DNA from: Faecousia sp.
GTDB taxonomy: Bacteria > Bacillota > Clostridia > Oscillospirales > Oscillospiraceae
Assembly (NCBI GenBank): GCA_045119455.1
Contig: JBGVDR010000120.1
Coordinates: 1,941 to 65,940 of the forward strand
Reading direction: 5' to 3'
DNA: 64,000 bases
This document shows positions 40,376-49,550 of this stretch, one piece after another; within the stretch, counting starts at the first letter, position 1; the number at the start of each line of letters is the position of its first letter. The translations under genes and the position numbers were made by a program. Under the pieces are notes generated by a model, which was not told where the DNA came from, did no database searches, and saw only the letters and a list, made by a program, of their open reading frames with translations.

Positions 40376-41758
40376 ATGGCAAGAAAAGTTCAGTTTGTGG
40401 AGACTGTTCTGCGTGACGCCAACCAGTCTCTGATCGCCACCCGTCTGCCCTACGACAAGTTCGAGCCCATGCTCGAGACCATTGACAAGGCTGGCTACTA
40501 CGCTGCCGAGTGCTGGGGCGGTGCCACCTTCGACGTGTGCCTGCGCTACCTGCACGAAGATCCCTGGGAGCGCCTGCGCAAGATTCGTGCCAAGCTGCCC
40601 AACACCAAGCTGCAGATGCTGCTGCGTGGTCAGAACGTTCTGGGCTACTCCCACTATCCCGATGACTTCGTCAAGATGTTCGTCCAGAAGGCGGTCGAGA
40701 ACGGCATGGATGTTATCCGTATCTTCGACGCGCTGAACGATGTCAATAACATGAAGGTCGCCATGGAAGCCACCGTCAAGGCCGGCGCCATCGCTTCCGG
40801 CACCATCTCCTACACTACCTCCCCTGTCCACACCCACAAGAAGTATGTGGAGATGGTCAAGGAGCTGAAGGAAATGGGTGCTGCCACCATCTGCATCAAG
40901 GATATGGCCGGTATTATGGGTCCCCAGGAGGCTTATGACATGGTTTCCGCCATTAAGGACGCTGTGGACCTGCCCATCGACCTGCACACCCACTCTACCA
41001 CGGGCCTGGCCTTCATGACCTACCTGAAGGCTGTGGAAGCCGGCGTGGACATCATCGACACTGCCATTTCTCCCTTCTCCGGCGGCACCAGCCAGCCCGC
41101 CACCGAGACCATGGCTTACGCACTGCGTCAGCTGGGCTACCAGGTGGATCTGGACGATGCCTGCACCAAGAAGATTGCCGACTACTTCAAGGGCGTGCGG
41201 GATGAGTTCCTGGCCGACGGCACTCTGATGCCCAAGTCCATGGCTACCGATACCCAGTGCCTGACCTATCAGATTCCCGGCGGCATGCTGTCCAATCTGC
41301 TGAGCCAGCTCAAGCAGATGAACGCTCTGGACAAGTTCGACGAGGCTCTGATTGAGACCCCCAAGGTTCGTAAGGACCTGGGCTATCCTCCCCTGGTTAC
41401 TCCCACCAGCCAGATGGTCGGCGTTCAGGCCGTTACCAACGTGCTGCAGGGCGAGCGCTACAAGAAGGTTTCCAAGGAAGTCAAGGCTTACTGCCGTGGC
41501 GAGTACGGTCGTACTCCCGCTCCCATCGACCCCGAGGTTCGCAAGCTGATTCTGGGCGACGAGCAGCCCCTGACCGGCCGCTATGCCGATACCCTGGAGC
41601 CCATCGTGGACAAGACCCGCAAGGAGCTGGAGGGCATCGCCAAGTCCGATGAGGACGTGCTGAGCTACATCGCCTTCCCCAACCTGGCTGAGAAGTTCTT
41701 TGAGGAGCGCAAGGCCAAGGAAGAGAACTGCGTCAGCTACACCATCGTCGAAGCATAA
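40376..41758 (+). CDS. oadA: Oxaloacetate decarboxylase alpha-type carboxyltransferase subunit (no fused biotin domain)
   Basis: LRDANQSL, ECWGGATFD, QMLLRG, IKDMAG, HTH, PGGMLSN, YPPLVTPTSQ. Confidence 0.88.
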   Translation: MARKVQFVETVLRDANQSLIATRLPYDKFEPMLETIDKAGYYAAECWGGATFDVCLRYLHEDPWERLRKIRAKLPNTKLQMLLRGQNVLGYSHYPDDFVKMFVQKAVENGMDVIRIFDALNDVNNMKVAMEATVKAGAIASGTISYTTSPVHTHKKYVEMVKELKEMGAATICIKDMAGIMGPQEAYDMVSAIKDAVDLPIDLHTHSTTGLAFMTYLKAVEAGVDIIDTAISPFSGGTSQPATETMAYALRQLGYQVDLDDACTKKIADYFKGVRDEFLADGTLMPKSMATDTQCLTYQIPGGMLSNLLSQLKQMNALDKFDEALIETPKVRKDLGYPPLVTPTSQMVGVQAVTNVLQGERYKKVSKEVKAYCRGEYGRTPAPIDPEVRKLILGDEQPLTGRYADTLEPIVDKTRKELEGIAKSDEDVLSYIAFPNLAEKFFEERKAKEENCVSYTIVEA

Positions 41759-41770
41759 GGAGGCAAAACC

Positions 41771-42118
41771 ATGTTTCTTGCATTTAAGATGCCTGTGGGA
41801 GATGCTGGCATCGTAGCCCTGCTGGGCTACGCCATGGTGTTTGTGGGCCTGATTGCGCTGATGCTCGTGGTGATGCTGATTGGTAAAATCTTTATCGCCG
41901 CCGACAAGAAGAAGCAGGCCGCTGCCACCGTAGAAGCTGCTCCCGCTGTGGAGGCTGCTCCCGCGGCTGCCGCGCCCACCGCTCCCGGCGCTGCCGGTGA
42001 GCTGAAGCTCCATGATGTGGAGCCCAAGACCGCTGCCATGCTCATGGCTATCGTGGCTGACAAGATGGGTAAGCCCCTCAATGAGCTGCGATTCCTCTCC
42101 ATCAAGGAGGTTAAGTAA
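41771..42118 (+). CDS. oadG: OadG-like decarboxylase membrane subunit
   Basis: Single TM, Ala/Pro linker, AAMLMAIV tail; operon context. Confidence 0.8.
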   Translation: MFLAFKMPVGDAGIVALLGYAMVFVGLIALMLVVMLIGKIFIAADKKKQAAATVEAAPAVEAAPAAAAPTAPGAAGELKLHDVEPKTAAMLMAIVADKMGKPLNELRFLSIKEVK

Positions 42119-42121
42119 GCC

Positions 42122-42520
42122 GTGAAGTATAAAATTACGCTGAACGAGCGCACCTACGAGGTGGAGGTGGAGCTGGCCGAGGCGATGCTCCTGTCTGAGT
42201 ATCAGACCTTCGCTCCCGCGGCTCCCGCCGCTGTGGAGGCTGCTCCTACCGCCACCCCCGCTGCCGCTCCTGCGGCTGCCCCTGCCGCCCCGGTGGTCAC
42301 CGGCGCAGGCGAGGCCGTCAATGCTCCCATGCCCGGCAACATTCTGAAGGTCAATGTGACCGCCGGTCAGGCCGTGAAGGCCGGTACCGTGCTGGTGGTG
42401 CTGGAGGCTATGAAGATGGAAAACGAGATTATGGCTCCCAAGGACGGCACCGTTACTCAGGTGCTGGTGCAGAAGGGCGCAACCGTGGATACCGGCGCTC
42501 CTCTGGTCGTGATTGGCTAA
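42122..42520 (+). CDS. Biotin carboxyl carrier protein, copy 1
   Basis: GTG start, AP linker, EAMKMENE biotinylation motif. Confidence 0.92.
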   Translation: MKYKITLNERTYEVEVELAEAMLLSEYQTFAPAAPAAVEAAPTATPAAAPAAAPAAPVVTGAGEAVNAPMPGNILKVNVTAGQAVKAGTVLVVLEAMKMENEIMAPKDGTVTQVLVQKGATVDTGAPLVVIG

Positions 42521-42556
42521 GAGCACTGCGTAACAACATCAAGGAGGTCCAAACAA

Positions 42557-42949
42557 ATGAAATATAAAGTGACCCTGAACGGCCGCACCTATGAGGTCGA
42601 GGTCGAAGCCGGCAAGGCCATGCTGCTGGCGGAGTATGAGGCTGTGGCACCTGCTGCTCCCGCCGCTGCTCCTGCTGCCGCTGCCCCTGCCGCCCCCGCC
42701 GCTGCCCCCGCTGCGGCGCCTGTTGTCACCGGTGCAGGCGAGGCGGTCAACGCTCCCATGCCCGGCAACATTCTGAAGGTTAATGTGACTGCCGGTCAGG
42801 CTGTTAAGGCCGGTACTGTGCTGGTGGTTCTGGAGGCTATGAAGATGGAAAACGAAATCATGGCTCCCAAGGACGGCACCGTTTCCCAGGTGCTGGTGCA
42901 GAAGGGCTCCACCGTGGATACCGGCGCGCCCCTGGTCGTGATTGGCTAA
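42557..42949 (+). CDS. Biotin carboxyl carrier protein, copy 2
   Basis: AP linker, EAMKMENE motif, AGGAGG RBS. Confidence 0.93.
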   Translation: MKYKVTLNGRTYEVEVEAGKAMLLAEYEAVAPAAPAAAPAAAAPAAPAAAPAAAPVVTGAGEAVNAPMPGNILKVNVTAGQAVKAGTVLVVLEAMKMENEIMAPKDGTVSQVLVQKGSTVDTGAPLVVIG

Positions 42950-42961
42950 GGAGGGTGAAGC

Positions 42962-44170
42962 GTGAATATTGGTGAAATTCTGAAAAATCTGTGGGAAAGC
43001 AGCGGCTTTGCTGCTATGTTCTCCGGCTTCGGCGACGGCGGTTGGCAGAACCTGGTCATGCTGGTCATTGGCTGCGTGCTGCTGTACCTGGCAATCGTTA
43101 AAAAGTTCGAGCCCCTGCTGCTGTGCGGCATCGCTTTTGGCTGTATTCTGTCCAACCTGCCCAAGGCAGGCCTGTACCACCAGGAGCTGTGGGATGCGTT
43201 CATGAATGAAGCAAGTCCCTTCTATCACAGCTACGGCGAGATTCTGAAGCACGGCGGTCTGCTGGACTTCTTCTACATCGGCGTTAAGACTTCGATTTAT
43301 CCCTGCCTGATTTTCATGGGTGTTGGTGCTATGTCCGACTTCGGTCCTCTGCTGTCCAACCCCAAGAGCCTGCTGCTGGGTGCTGCTGCACAGCTGGGCG
43401 TGTTTGCCGCTTTCTTTGGCGCCATCCTGCTGGGCTTCACCGGTTTGGAGGCTGCCTCCATCGGTATCATCGGCGGCGCCGACGGTCCCACCGCCATTTT
43501 CTTGACTTCTAAGCTGGCTCCCCACCTGCTGGGCGCCATCGCTGTGGCAGCGTACTCTTATATGGCACTGATTCCGCTGATTCAGCCCCCCATTATGCGT
43601 GGTCTGACCACCAAGGAGCAGCGGAAGATTAAGATGGTCCAGAGCCGTAATGTGTCCAAGACAGAGAAGATTATCTTCCCCATCGTGGTCACTCTGTTCT
43701 GCGCTCTGCTGCTGCCGGATACTGCTCCCTTGATTGGCTGCCTGATGCTGGGCAACCTGTTCAAGGAGTGTGGTGTCACCGAGCGTCTGTCCGATACCGT
43801 GCAGAATGCGCTGATGAACATCGTCACCATCCTGCTGTCTACCGCCGTGGGCGCTACCATGGTGGGCTCCAACTTCCTGACCGGTGAGACCCTGAAAATC
43901 ATCGTTCTGGGCGTTTGCGCCTTCATGCTGTCCACTGTGGGCGGTTTGCTGGGCGGCCAGGTCATGTGCAAGTTGACCCGCGGCAAGGTCAATCCTCTGA
44001 TTGGCTCCGCCGGTGTTTCCGCCGTTCCCATGGCAGCCCGTGTGGCCAATTCTGAGGGTCAGAAGGCCAATCCTTCCAACTTCCTGCTGATGCACGCCCT
44101 GGGCCCCAATGTGGCCGGCGTTATCGGCTCCGCCATCGCCGCAGGCTTCCTGCTGAGTGTGTTCGGTTAA
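42962..44170 (+). CDS. oadB: Na+-translocating decarboxylase beta subunit
   Basis: EPLLL, IGIIGGADGPT, AAYSYMAL, SAVPMAARV, GPNVAGVIGSA. Confidence 0.93.
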   Translation: MNIGEILKNLWESSGFAAMFSGFGDGGWQNLVMLVIGCVLLYLAIVKKFEPLLLCGIAFGCILSNLPKAGLYHQELWDAFMNEASPFYHSYGEILKHGGLLDFFYIGVKTSIYPCLIFMGVGAMSDFGPLLSNPKSLLLGAAAQLGVFAAFFGAILLGFTGLEAASIGIIGGADGPTAIFLTSKLAPHLLGAIAVAAYSYMALIPLIQPPIMRGLTTKEQRKIKMVQSRNVSKTEKIIFPIVVTLFCALLLPDTAPLIGCLMLGNLFKECGVTERLSDTVQNALMNIVTILLSTAVGATMVGSNFLTGETLKIIVLGVCAFMLSTVGGLLGGQVMCKLTRGKVNPLIGSAGVSAVPMAARVANSEGQKANPSNFLLMHALGPNVAGVIGSAIAAGFLLSVFG

Positions 44171-44223
44171 GATGCAAATCCCCCACCATCCGGTGGGGGA
44201 TTTTTGCGTGTGATTTGCAGGGA

Positions 44224-44511
44224 TAAATGATTGTTTAGCGTACTGTGTTGATGGCGGTGGCCGCGCCGCTATGCGGCGGCGACTAAAGAGGAATGCGGGC
44301 AGGAACATATCGAAATTGTTCACGAATAAGACTTTGAATTGGATAACGGCCTAGAAAGTCTTGATGGATTCTTTACAATTAGGTTATCACCCGAATTCCT
44401 CTTCCGCCTCGCTAACGCTCGGCACCTTCCCCCCGGGGGGAGGTATTAGCGCCGCACAGCGGCGCTGTCGCCCCATAGGGGAGACACATATTCCTCCACT
44501 AAATCATTTAT
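44224..44511. repeat. Inverted-repeat-bounded intergenic element with palindromic cargo
   Basis: TAAATGATTGTTTAGCG ... CCTCTTCCGCCTCGCTAACGCTCGGCACCTTCCCCCCGGGGGGAGG ... CACTAAATCATTTAT. Confidence 0.5.
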
Positions 44512-44561
44512 ATGCCTTCAAAAAGGAAAGGGTGCGCTGACGCGCACCCTTTTATCATTTG

Positions 44562-44693
44562 TTAGCAGCAGCCGCAGCCGTTGTTGGTCTCGCACCCGCA
44601 GCCCATGTTGTTGCCGTTGCCGCAGCAGAAGAACAGCAGAACCAGGATGATGATCCACCAGCAGTTGTTGCCACCCCAAGAATTACCGCACAT
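44562..44693 (-). CDS. 43-aa Cys/Gly/Asn-rich single-TM peptide (possibly sporulation-associated)
   Basis: Below the ORF-track cutoff: MCGNSWGGNNCWWIIILVLLFFCCGNGNNMGCGCETNNGCGCC; AGGAGG RBS at 44706-44701; terminator hairpin at 44527-44553. Confidence 0.85.
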   Translation of the reverse strand: MCGNSWGGNNCWWIIILVLLFFCCGNGNNMGCGCETNNGCGCC

Positions 44694-44765
44694 AACGTTA
44701 CCTCCTAAATGGATTTGTTACGGCCTTCGCCGTACATTCCATGTTATTCCGGAGGCTCAAAAAGG

Positions 44766-45464
44766 TTACAGTTCCCGCAGGGCATTTACCAAGGCGGTCT
44801 TGCCGGCGGTCTTTTCGTCCTTCATCTTGATAATCTTGGCGGGGCAGCCAGCCACCACCGCATTGGCGGGAACGTCGCTGACCACGATGGCACCGGCAGC
44901 GACCACCGCGTTGGCGCCGATGCGGCAACCCTCGATGACCACGGCGTTGGCGCCGATGAGCACGTTATCCTCCACGATGACGGGGGTAGCGGAGGCGGGC
45001 TCCACCACACCGGCCAGCACAGCACCGGCACCCACATGACAGTTGTTGCCCACGGTGGCACGGCCGCCCAGCACGGCACCCATGTCAATCATGGTGCCCT
45101 CGCCGATGACGGCGCCAATGTTGATGATGGCACCCATCATGATGACGGCGTTCTTGCCAATCTCCACCTGTTCCCGGATAATTGCACCGGGCTCGATGCG
45201 GGCGGGGATGTCCTTGATGTTCAGCATGGGAATGGCGGAGTTGCGGCAGTTGTTTTCGATTTCCACGTGGGAAATGGAGTCCTTATTGGTCTCCAGCAGG
45301 GGGGCAACCACCTTCCAATCGCCGAAAACCACCTTGTGACCGGGGGCGGCGGGGAACACCTCGCAGCCGGGGAACTCCACCGGGGCGGATTCCCAGACGT
45401 AGACCTTGACAGGGGTCTTCTTCTCGGAGGTGCGGATATATTCAATGATTTCTTGTGCGTTCAT
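44766..45464 (-). CDS. dapH: Tetrahydrodipicolinate N-acetyltransferase
   Basis: [25 protein letters not shown], hexapeptide repeats, AGVVEP. Confidence 0.92.
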   Translation of the reverse strand: MNAQEIIEYIRTSEKKTPVKVYVWESAPVEFPGCEVFPAAPGHKVVFGDWKVVAPLLETNKDSISHVEIENNCRNSAIPMLNIKDIPARIEPGAIIREQVEIGKNAVIMMGAIINIGAVIGEGTMIDMGAVLGGRATVGNNCHVGAGAVLAGVVEPASATPVIVEDNVLIGANAVVIEGCRIGANAVVAAGAIVVSDVPANAVVAGCPAKIIKMKDEKTAGKTALVNALREL

Positions 45465-45624
45465 AGTGACTTCTCCTTGCGGTCAAATGTCTTTTCCATA
45501 TACTATCACCTTTTTGCCCGAATTACAAGTAGGAAATTGACACAGAAAGCGAAAAGGTTTATAATGTGGAAACAAAGGTTTCCCCTTGGGGGGAGGTTTT
45601 GTTATGACCATCGGAGGTGTATTC

Positions 45625-46713
45625 ATGCAAATCATTGCCGACCGGCGGACGCTGCACCGGATTCCAGAGCTGGACCGGGACCTGCCCAAGACCATGGAAT
45701 ATTTGGAAAACAGCCTGAAGGGGCTGAAGTGCAAGGTGTTTTCCCCTATGCAGGGGGCGCTTTGCGCCTATTTTGACTTCGGAGCGGAGAAAACCATCGC
45801 CTTTCGCTCTGATGCGGATGCCCTGCCCATCACCGAGCAGTCGGAGCGGGACTATGTTTCCTGCCACCCCGGGAAGATGCACGCATGCGGGCATGATGGG
45901 CATATGGCCATTGCTTTGGAACTGGCCCGGCGCCTCAACGGGAAAAAGAGCCTGAACCGGAATGTGCTGATTGTGTTCCAGCCGGCGGAGGAAACCACCG
46001 GCGGCGCCAAGGATTTGTGCGATACCGGCATATTCCTATATTATAATGTAGAGGCTATTTTTGGCCTGCACCTGTGGCCCGGCGTGGAGTCCGGGGCAAT
46101 TTACAGCCGCCGGGGCGAGATGATGAGCCGCTCCTGCGAGGTGAAGGTGAATATCACCGGCAAGTCTGCACACATCGCCAAGGCCTACGAGGGTATCGAT
46201 GCCATGGCGGCGGCGGTGGAATTCTATCAGAAGGCCCGGGCGCTGGAGCGGAGCCTGCCGGAGAATGTGTTCCGGATTCTGAACTTCGGCAAATTCCAGT
46301 CCGGCGCGGTGTGCAACGCTGTTTCCGGCCATTCCCGGCTGGAGGGTACTTTGCGGGCATTTCAGGATGATATTTTCTTCTCCCTGCAGGACGGACTGCG
46401 GCAAATCGGCGAAGAGGTGGCACGAACCTCCGGTTGCGATGTGGAGCTTTCCATGGGCGCCGGGTATCCGGCGGTGATGAATCCTCCGGAGTTGTATGAC
46501 CGGGTGCGGTCGTGGGTGTCCTTCCGGGAGCTGGCGGCGCCCAGCATGATTACCGAGGATTTTTCCTGGTATCAGCGGAGCCTGCCGGGGGTGTTTTTCT
46601 TCCTGGGCACTGGCGACAGCCCGGCGCTGCACAGTCAGAATTTTGATTTCGACGAAAACATCCTGGTCAACGGTGCCGAATTCTTTGAGAAAATCGCGGA
46701 GGCGTATCAATGA
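45625..46713 (+). CDS. M20 amidohydrolase, likely N-acetyldiaminopimelate deacetylase
   Basis: LHRIPE, RSDADALP, MHACGHDGH, FQPAEE, EDF; adjacent to dapH. Confidence 0.8.
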   Translation: MQIIADRRTLHRIPELDRDLPKTMEYLENSLKGLKCKVFSPMQGALCAYFDFGAEKTIAFRSDADALPITEQSERDYVSCHPGKMHACGHDGHMAIALELARRLNGKKSLNRNVLIVFQPAEETTGGAKDLCDTGIFLYYNVEAIFGLHLWPGVESGAIYSRRGEMMSRSCEVKVNITGKSAHIAKAYEGIDAMAAAVEFYQKARALERSLPENVFRILNFGKFQSGAVCNAVSGHSRLEGTLRAFQDDIFFSLQDGLRQIGEEVARTSGCDVELSMGAGYPAVMNPPELYDRVRSWVSFRELAAPSMITEDFSWYQRSLPGVFFFLGTGDSPALHSQNFDFDENILVNGAEFFEKIAEAYQ

Positions 46714-47837
46714 TCCCCTTGAACCATCGGCTGGACCCTCTCCAGCGCAGCGGCATCCGCCGCTATACCAATCTGGCGAAGGAAGTGCCAGATTGTGTTA
46801 TGTTAACCATCGGAGAGCCGGATTTCGACACGCCCGCGTCTATCAAGGCAGCGGCCTGCCAGGCTTTGACAGAAAATCAGACCCATTATGCCCCCAACCA
46901 GGGCACGGCGCCTCTGCGCCAGGCCATTGCCGCTTACGAAACCCGACGGGGTATGGCTTGTGACGCAGAGCAGGTGCTGGTGACGGTGGGTGCTACCGGG
47001 GCGCTGTATACCGCTTTGACCGGTATCTTGAACCCGGGTGAGGAGGTTATTATCCCCACACCGGCATTCTCTTTGTACGAGACCATCGTTACCGCCGCCG
47101 GAGGCAAAGCGGTGGCGCTGGACATTGCCGCTACCGGATTTCAAATTGATCCGACGGCGCTGGCGGCGAAAATCACCTCCAATACCAAGGCCATCGTCCT
47201 AAATTCCCCCAATAACCCCACGGGCACCGTGCTGTCGGAGGAATCCTTGGCGGCAGTGAAAGCGCTGACGGCGGAGCGGGATATCTATATTATATGTGAC
47301 AATGTGTACAATCAGCTTGCCTATGGCCCGTGTCCGGATTTGAGCCTGGATTTGACTCTGGCGGATCGGCTGCTGCTGTGCCAGAGCTTTTCCAAGCCCT
47401 ATGCCATGACCGGCTGGCGGGTGGGATATCTAATCGGACCTCAGATGGTGATGGACCGGCTGCTGCTGCTCCATGCGGCTCAGGTGGCGGCGGTGCCCAC
47501 CTTCGTGCAGGCGGCCTGCGTCACAGCGCTGCAAACCGATGTGACCCCTATGCGGCAGGAATATCAAGCCCGGCGGCAGCTGTGCATGGCGCGGCTGAGG
47601 GAGATGGGTCTGCGGTTCCCGGAGCCGGAGGGCGCGTTCTATATTTTTGTGGATATTCGTCCCTATGGCATGGATTCGGAAACCTTTTGCACCCGGTTGA
47701 TTCGGGAGGCCGGCGTGGCGATGGTGCCCGGAGTTTGCTTCGGTGCGGAAGGCTTTGTGCGGCTGAGCTACTGCTGTAGTCGGGAACGGCTGGAGCTTGG
47801 GCTGGATCGATTGGAGCATTTTCTAAATCAGTTGTAA
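46710..47837 (+). CDS. Class I/II PLP aminotransferase (PatA/DapX-like by context)
   Basis: IGEPDF, NSPNNPTG, SFSKPYAMTGWRVG. Confidence 0.85.
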   Translation: MIPLNHRLDPLQRSGIRRYTNLAKEVPDCVMLTIGEPDFDTPASIKAAACQALTENQTHYAPNQGTAPLRQAIAAYETRRGMACDAEQVLVTVGATGALYTALTGILNPGEEVIIPTPAFSLYETIVTAAGGKAVALDIAATGFQIDPTALAAKITSNTKAIVLNSPNNPTGTVLSEESLAAVKALTAERDIYIICDNVYNQLAYGPCPDLSLDLTLADRLLLCQSFSKPYAMTGWRVGYLIGPQMVMDRLLLLHAAQVAAVPTFVQAACVTALQTDVTPMRQEYQARRQLCMARLREMGLRFPEPEGAFYIFVDIRPYGMDSETFCTRLIREAGVAMVPGVCFGAEGFVRLSYCCSRERLELGLDRLEHFLNQL

Positions 47838-47896
47838 TATTGCACAAAAGGCAGAATTTCCAATTGTCAAATATGCTGATTATACCCAATCGATCA

Positions 47897-47965
47897 TTGA
47901 CATATTCCATTGGCTGTGATACAATTCTTATACCCTATTAGGGGCATACTGCGCAGATATGCGCA
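47897..47965 (+). promoter_or_regulatory. Sigma-A promoter plus candidate LacI-family operator
   Basis: TTGACA (47897), 17 bp, TGnTACAAT (to 47925); TGCGCA-GATA-TGCGCA palindrome at 47950-47965. Confidence 0.6.
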
Positions 47966-48037
47966 CCTGATTGGTTTTAACTGTGCGAGCTTACAGTTAA
48001 AATAAAATTCTATTTTAAAAAAAGGAAGGAAAACACC

Positions 48038-49369
48038 ATGAAGAAGATTCTTGCTCTGCTGCTGGCAGCCCTGATGATCTTCGGCCTGGTTGCTTGCGCC
48101 GAAAAGGAAGAGGCCAAGCCCACCGAGGCTCCCACCACTGCCCCCAGCAACCCCGCTACTCCCAGCGATCCCGCTGACCCCTCTCAGCCCTCCGAGTCTC
48201 AGCCCACTGAGTCCAAGCCCTACGACGGCCCCGTTGAGGAGATCACCCTGACTGTTTGGGCTCCCGCGGAGGACATGGCTAACGACAACTGGCTGGCTTC
48301 CCGTCTGGCCGCTTTCGAGGTTGCTCACCCCCAGTACAAGATCACCTGGCAGACTGCCGTCTGCGGCGAAGGCGATGCTAAGACTCAGGTTACTGCTGAC
48401 CCCAGCAAGGCCGCTGACGTTTACATGTACGCTAACGACCAGATGGGCGACCTGATTTCTGCCGGTGCTCTGTCCAAGCTGGGCGGCGCTACCGCTAAGT
48501 TCGTTAAGGACAACTTCTCCGACACCCTGATTAATACTGTTACCTACTCCGACGGCCAGATTTACGGCATCCCCATGTCCAACAACACCTGGTTCCTGTA
48601 CTACAACAAGGACATCTTCACTGCGGAAGACGTCAAGACTCTGGACGGCATGCTGGCTAAGGCTAAGGTTGCTTTCCCCATGGGTAATGCTTGGTGGAGC
48701 GGCGCCTTCTTCCTGGGCAACGGTTGCACCATGTTCGGCAACGGCTATGACGCTTCTGCCGGTATGGACTTTGGTGGCCAGAAGGGCTACGATGCTGCTG
48801 CTGCTATGCTGGCCTTTGCTAAGCACCCCAACTACGTTGAGGATGCCAACGACTCCGGCCTGTCCATGCTGAAGAGCGGCGAAATCGGCGCTATGTTCTC
48901 TGGCTCTTGGGTTTACAACGGCCTGAATGAGGCTATGGGCGACAAGCTGGGCGCTGCTGTGCTGCCCACCGCTACCATCGGCGGCAAGCAGGTTCAGCTG
49001 CGCGCCTTTGCTGGCTCCAAGGCTATCGGTGTGAACCGTCACACCCAGAACGTCAAGGCTGCTACCGAACTGGCTGTGTTCCTGGCTTCCGAGGAGTCCC
49101 AGCTGACTCGTTACGAGATGCGGAACATCATTCCTGCTATCAAGTCTCTGGCTTCCAACCCCACCATCGCTGCCAACATGGTCGCTGTCGCTGAGATGGG
49201 CGTTATGAACGACTGCTCCGTCATGCAGCCCGTTATCGGTGCTATGCAGAAGTACTGGGACTTCATGGGCCCCTTCGGTGGTAACATCGTTGGCGGTACC
49301 ATCACCAATGAGAACCTGCAGGACAGCGTTGATCTGCTGGTTGAAAACCTGAACGGCGAGACTCTGTAA
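48038..49369 (+). CDS. Sugar (maltodextrin-type) ABC substrate-binding lipoprotein
   Basis: Lipobox LVAC, P/S/T linker, ADVYMYANDQ, LYYNKD, SGSW. Confidence 0.9.
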   Translation: MKKILALLLAALMIFGLVACAEKEEAKPTEAPTTAPSNPATPSDPADPSQPSESQPTESKPYDGPVEEITLTVWAPAEDMANDNWLASRLAAFEVAHPQYKITWQTAVCGEGDAKTQVTADPSKAADVYMYANDQMGDLISAGALSKLGGATAKFVKDNFSDTLINTVTYSDGQIYGIPMSNNTWFLYYNKDIFTAEDVKTLDGMLAKAKVAFPMGNAWWSGAFFLGNGCTMFGNGYDASAGMDFGGQKGYDAAAAMLAFAKHPNYVEDANDSGLSMLKSGEIGAMFSGSWVYNGLNEAMGDKLGAAVLPTATIGGKQVQLRAFAGSKAIGVNRHTQNVKAATELAVFLASEESQLTRYEMRNIIPAIKSLASNPTIAANMVAVAEMGVMNDCSVMQPVIGAMQKYWDFMGPFGGNIVGGTITNENLQDSVDLLVENLNGETL

Positions 49370-49550
49370 TTTAAGAATAATTATTCCGCTGAATTTAGAG
49401 CACCTGGCGGCGGCTGGAAACTCTGGCCGCCGCCTTTTCAAAGCAACTCCACCTCTTTCAGCCGTCCGGGTTTTTCGCTGTGATGCGATGGCATCTGTCA
49501 GGAGCGGCTATTTGAGGTCCCCACAATAGCGAAAGAAGGGAGACGGTTAC

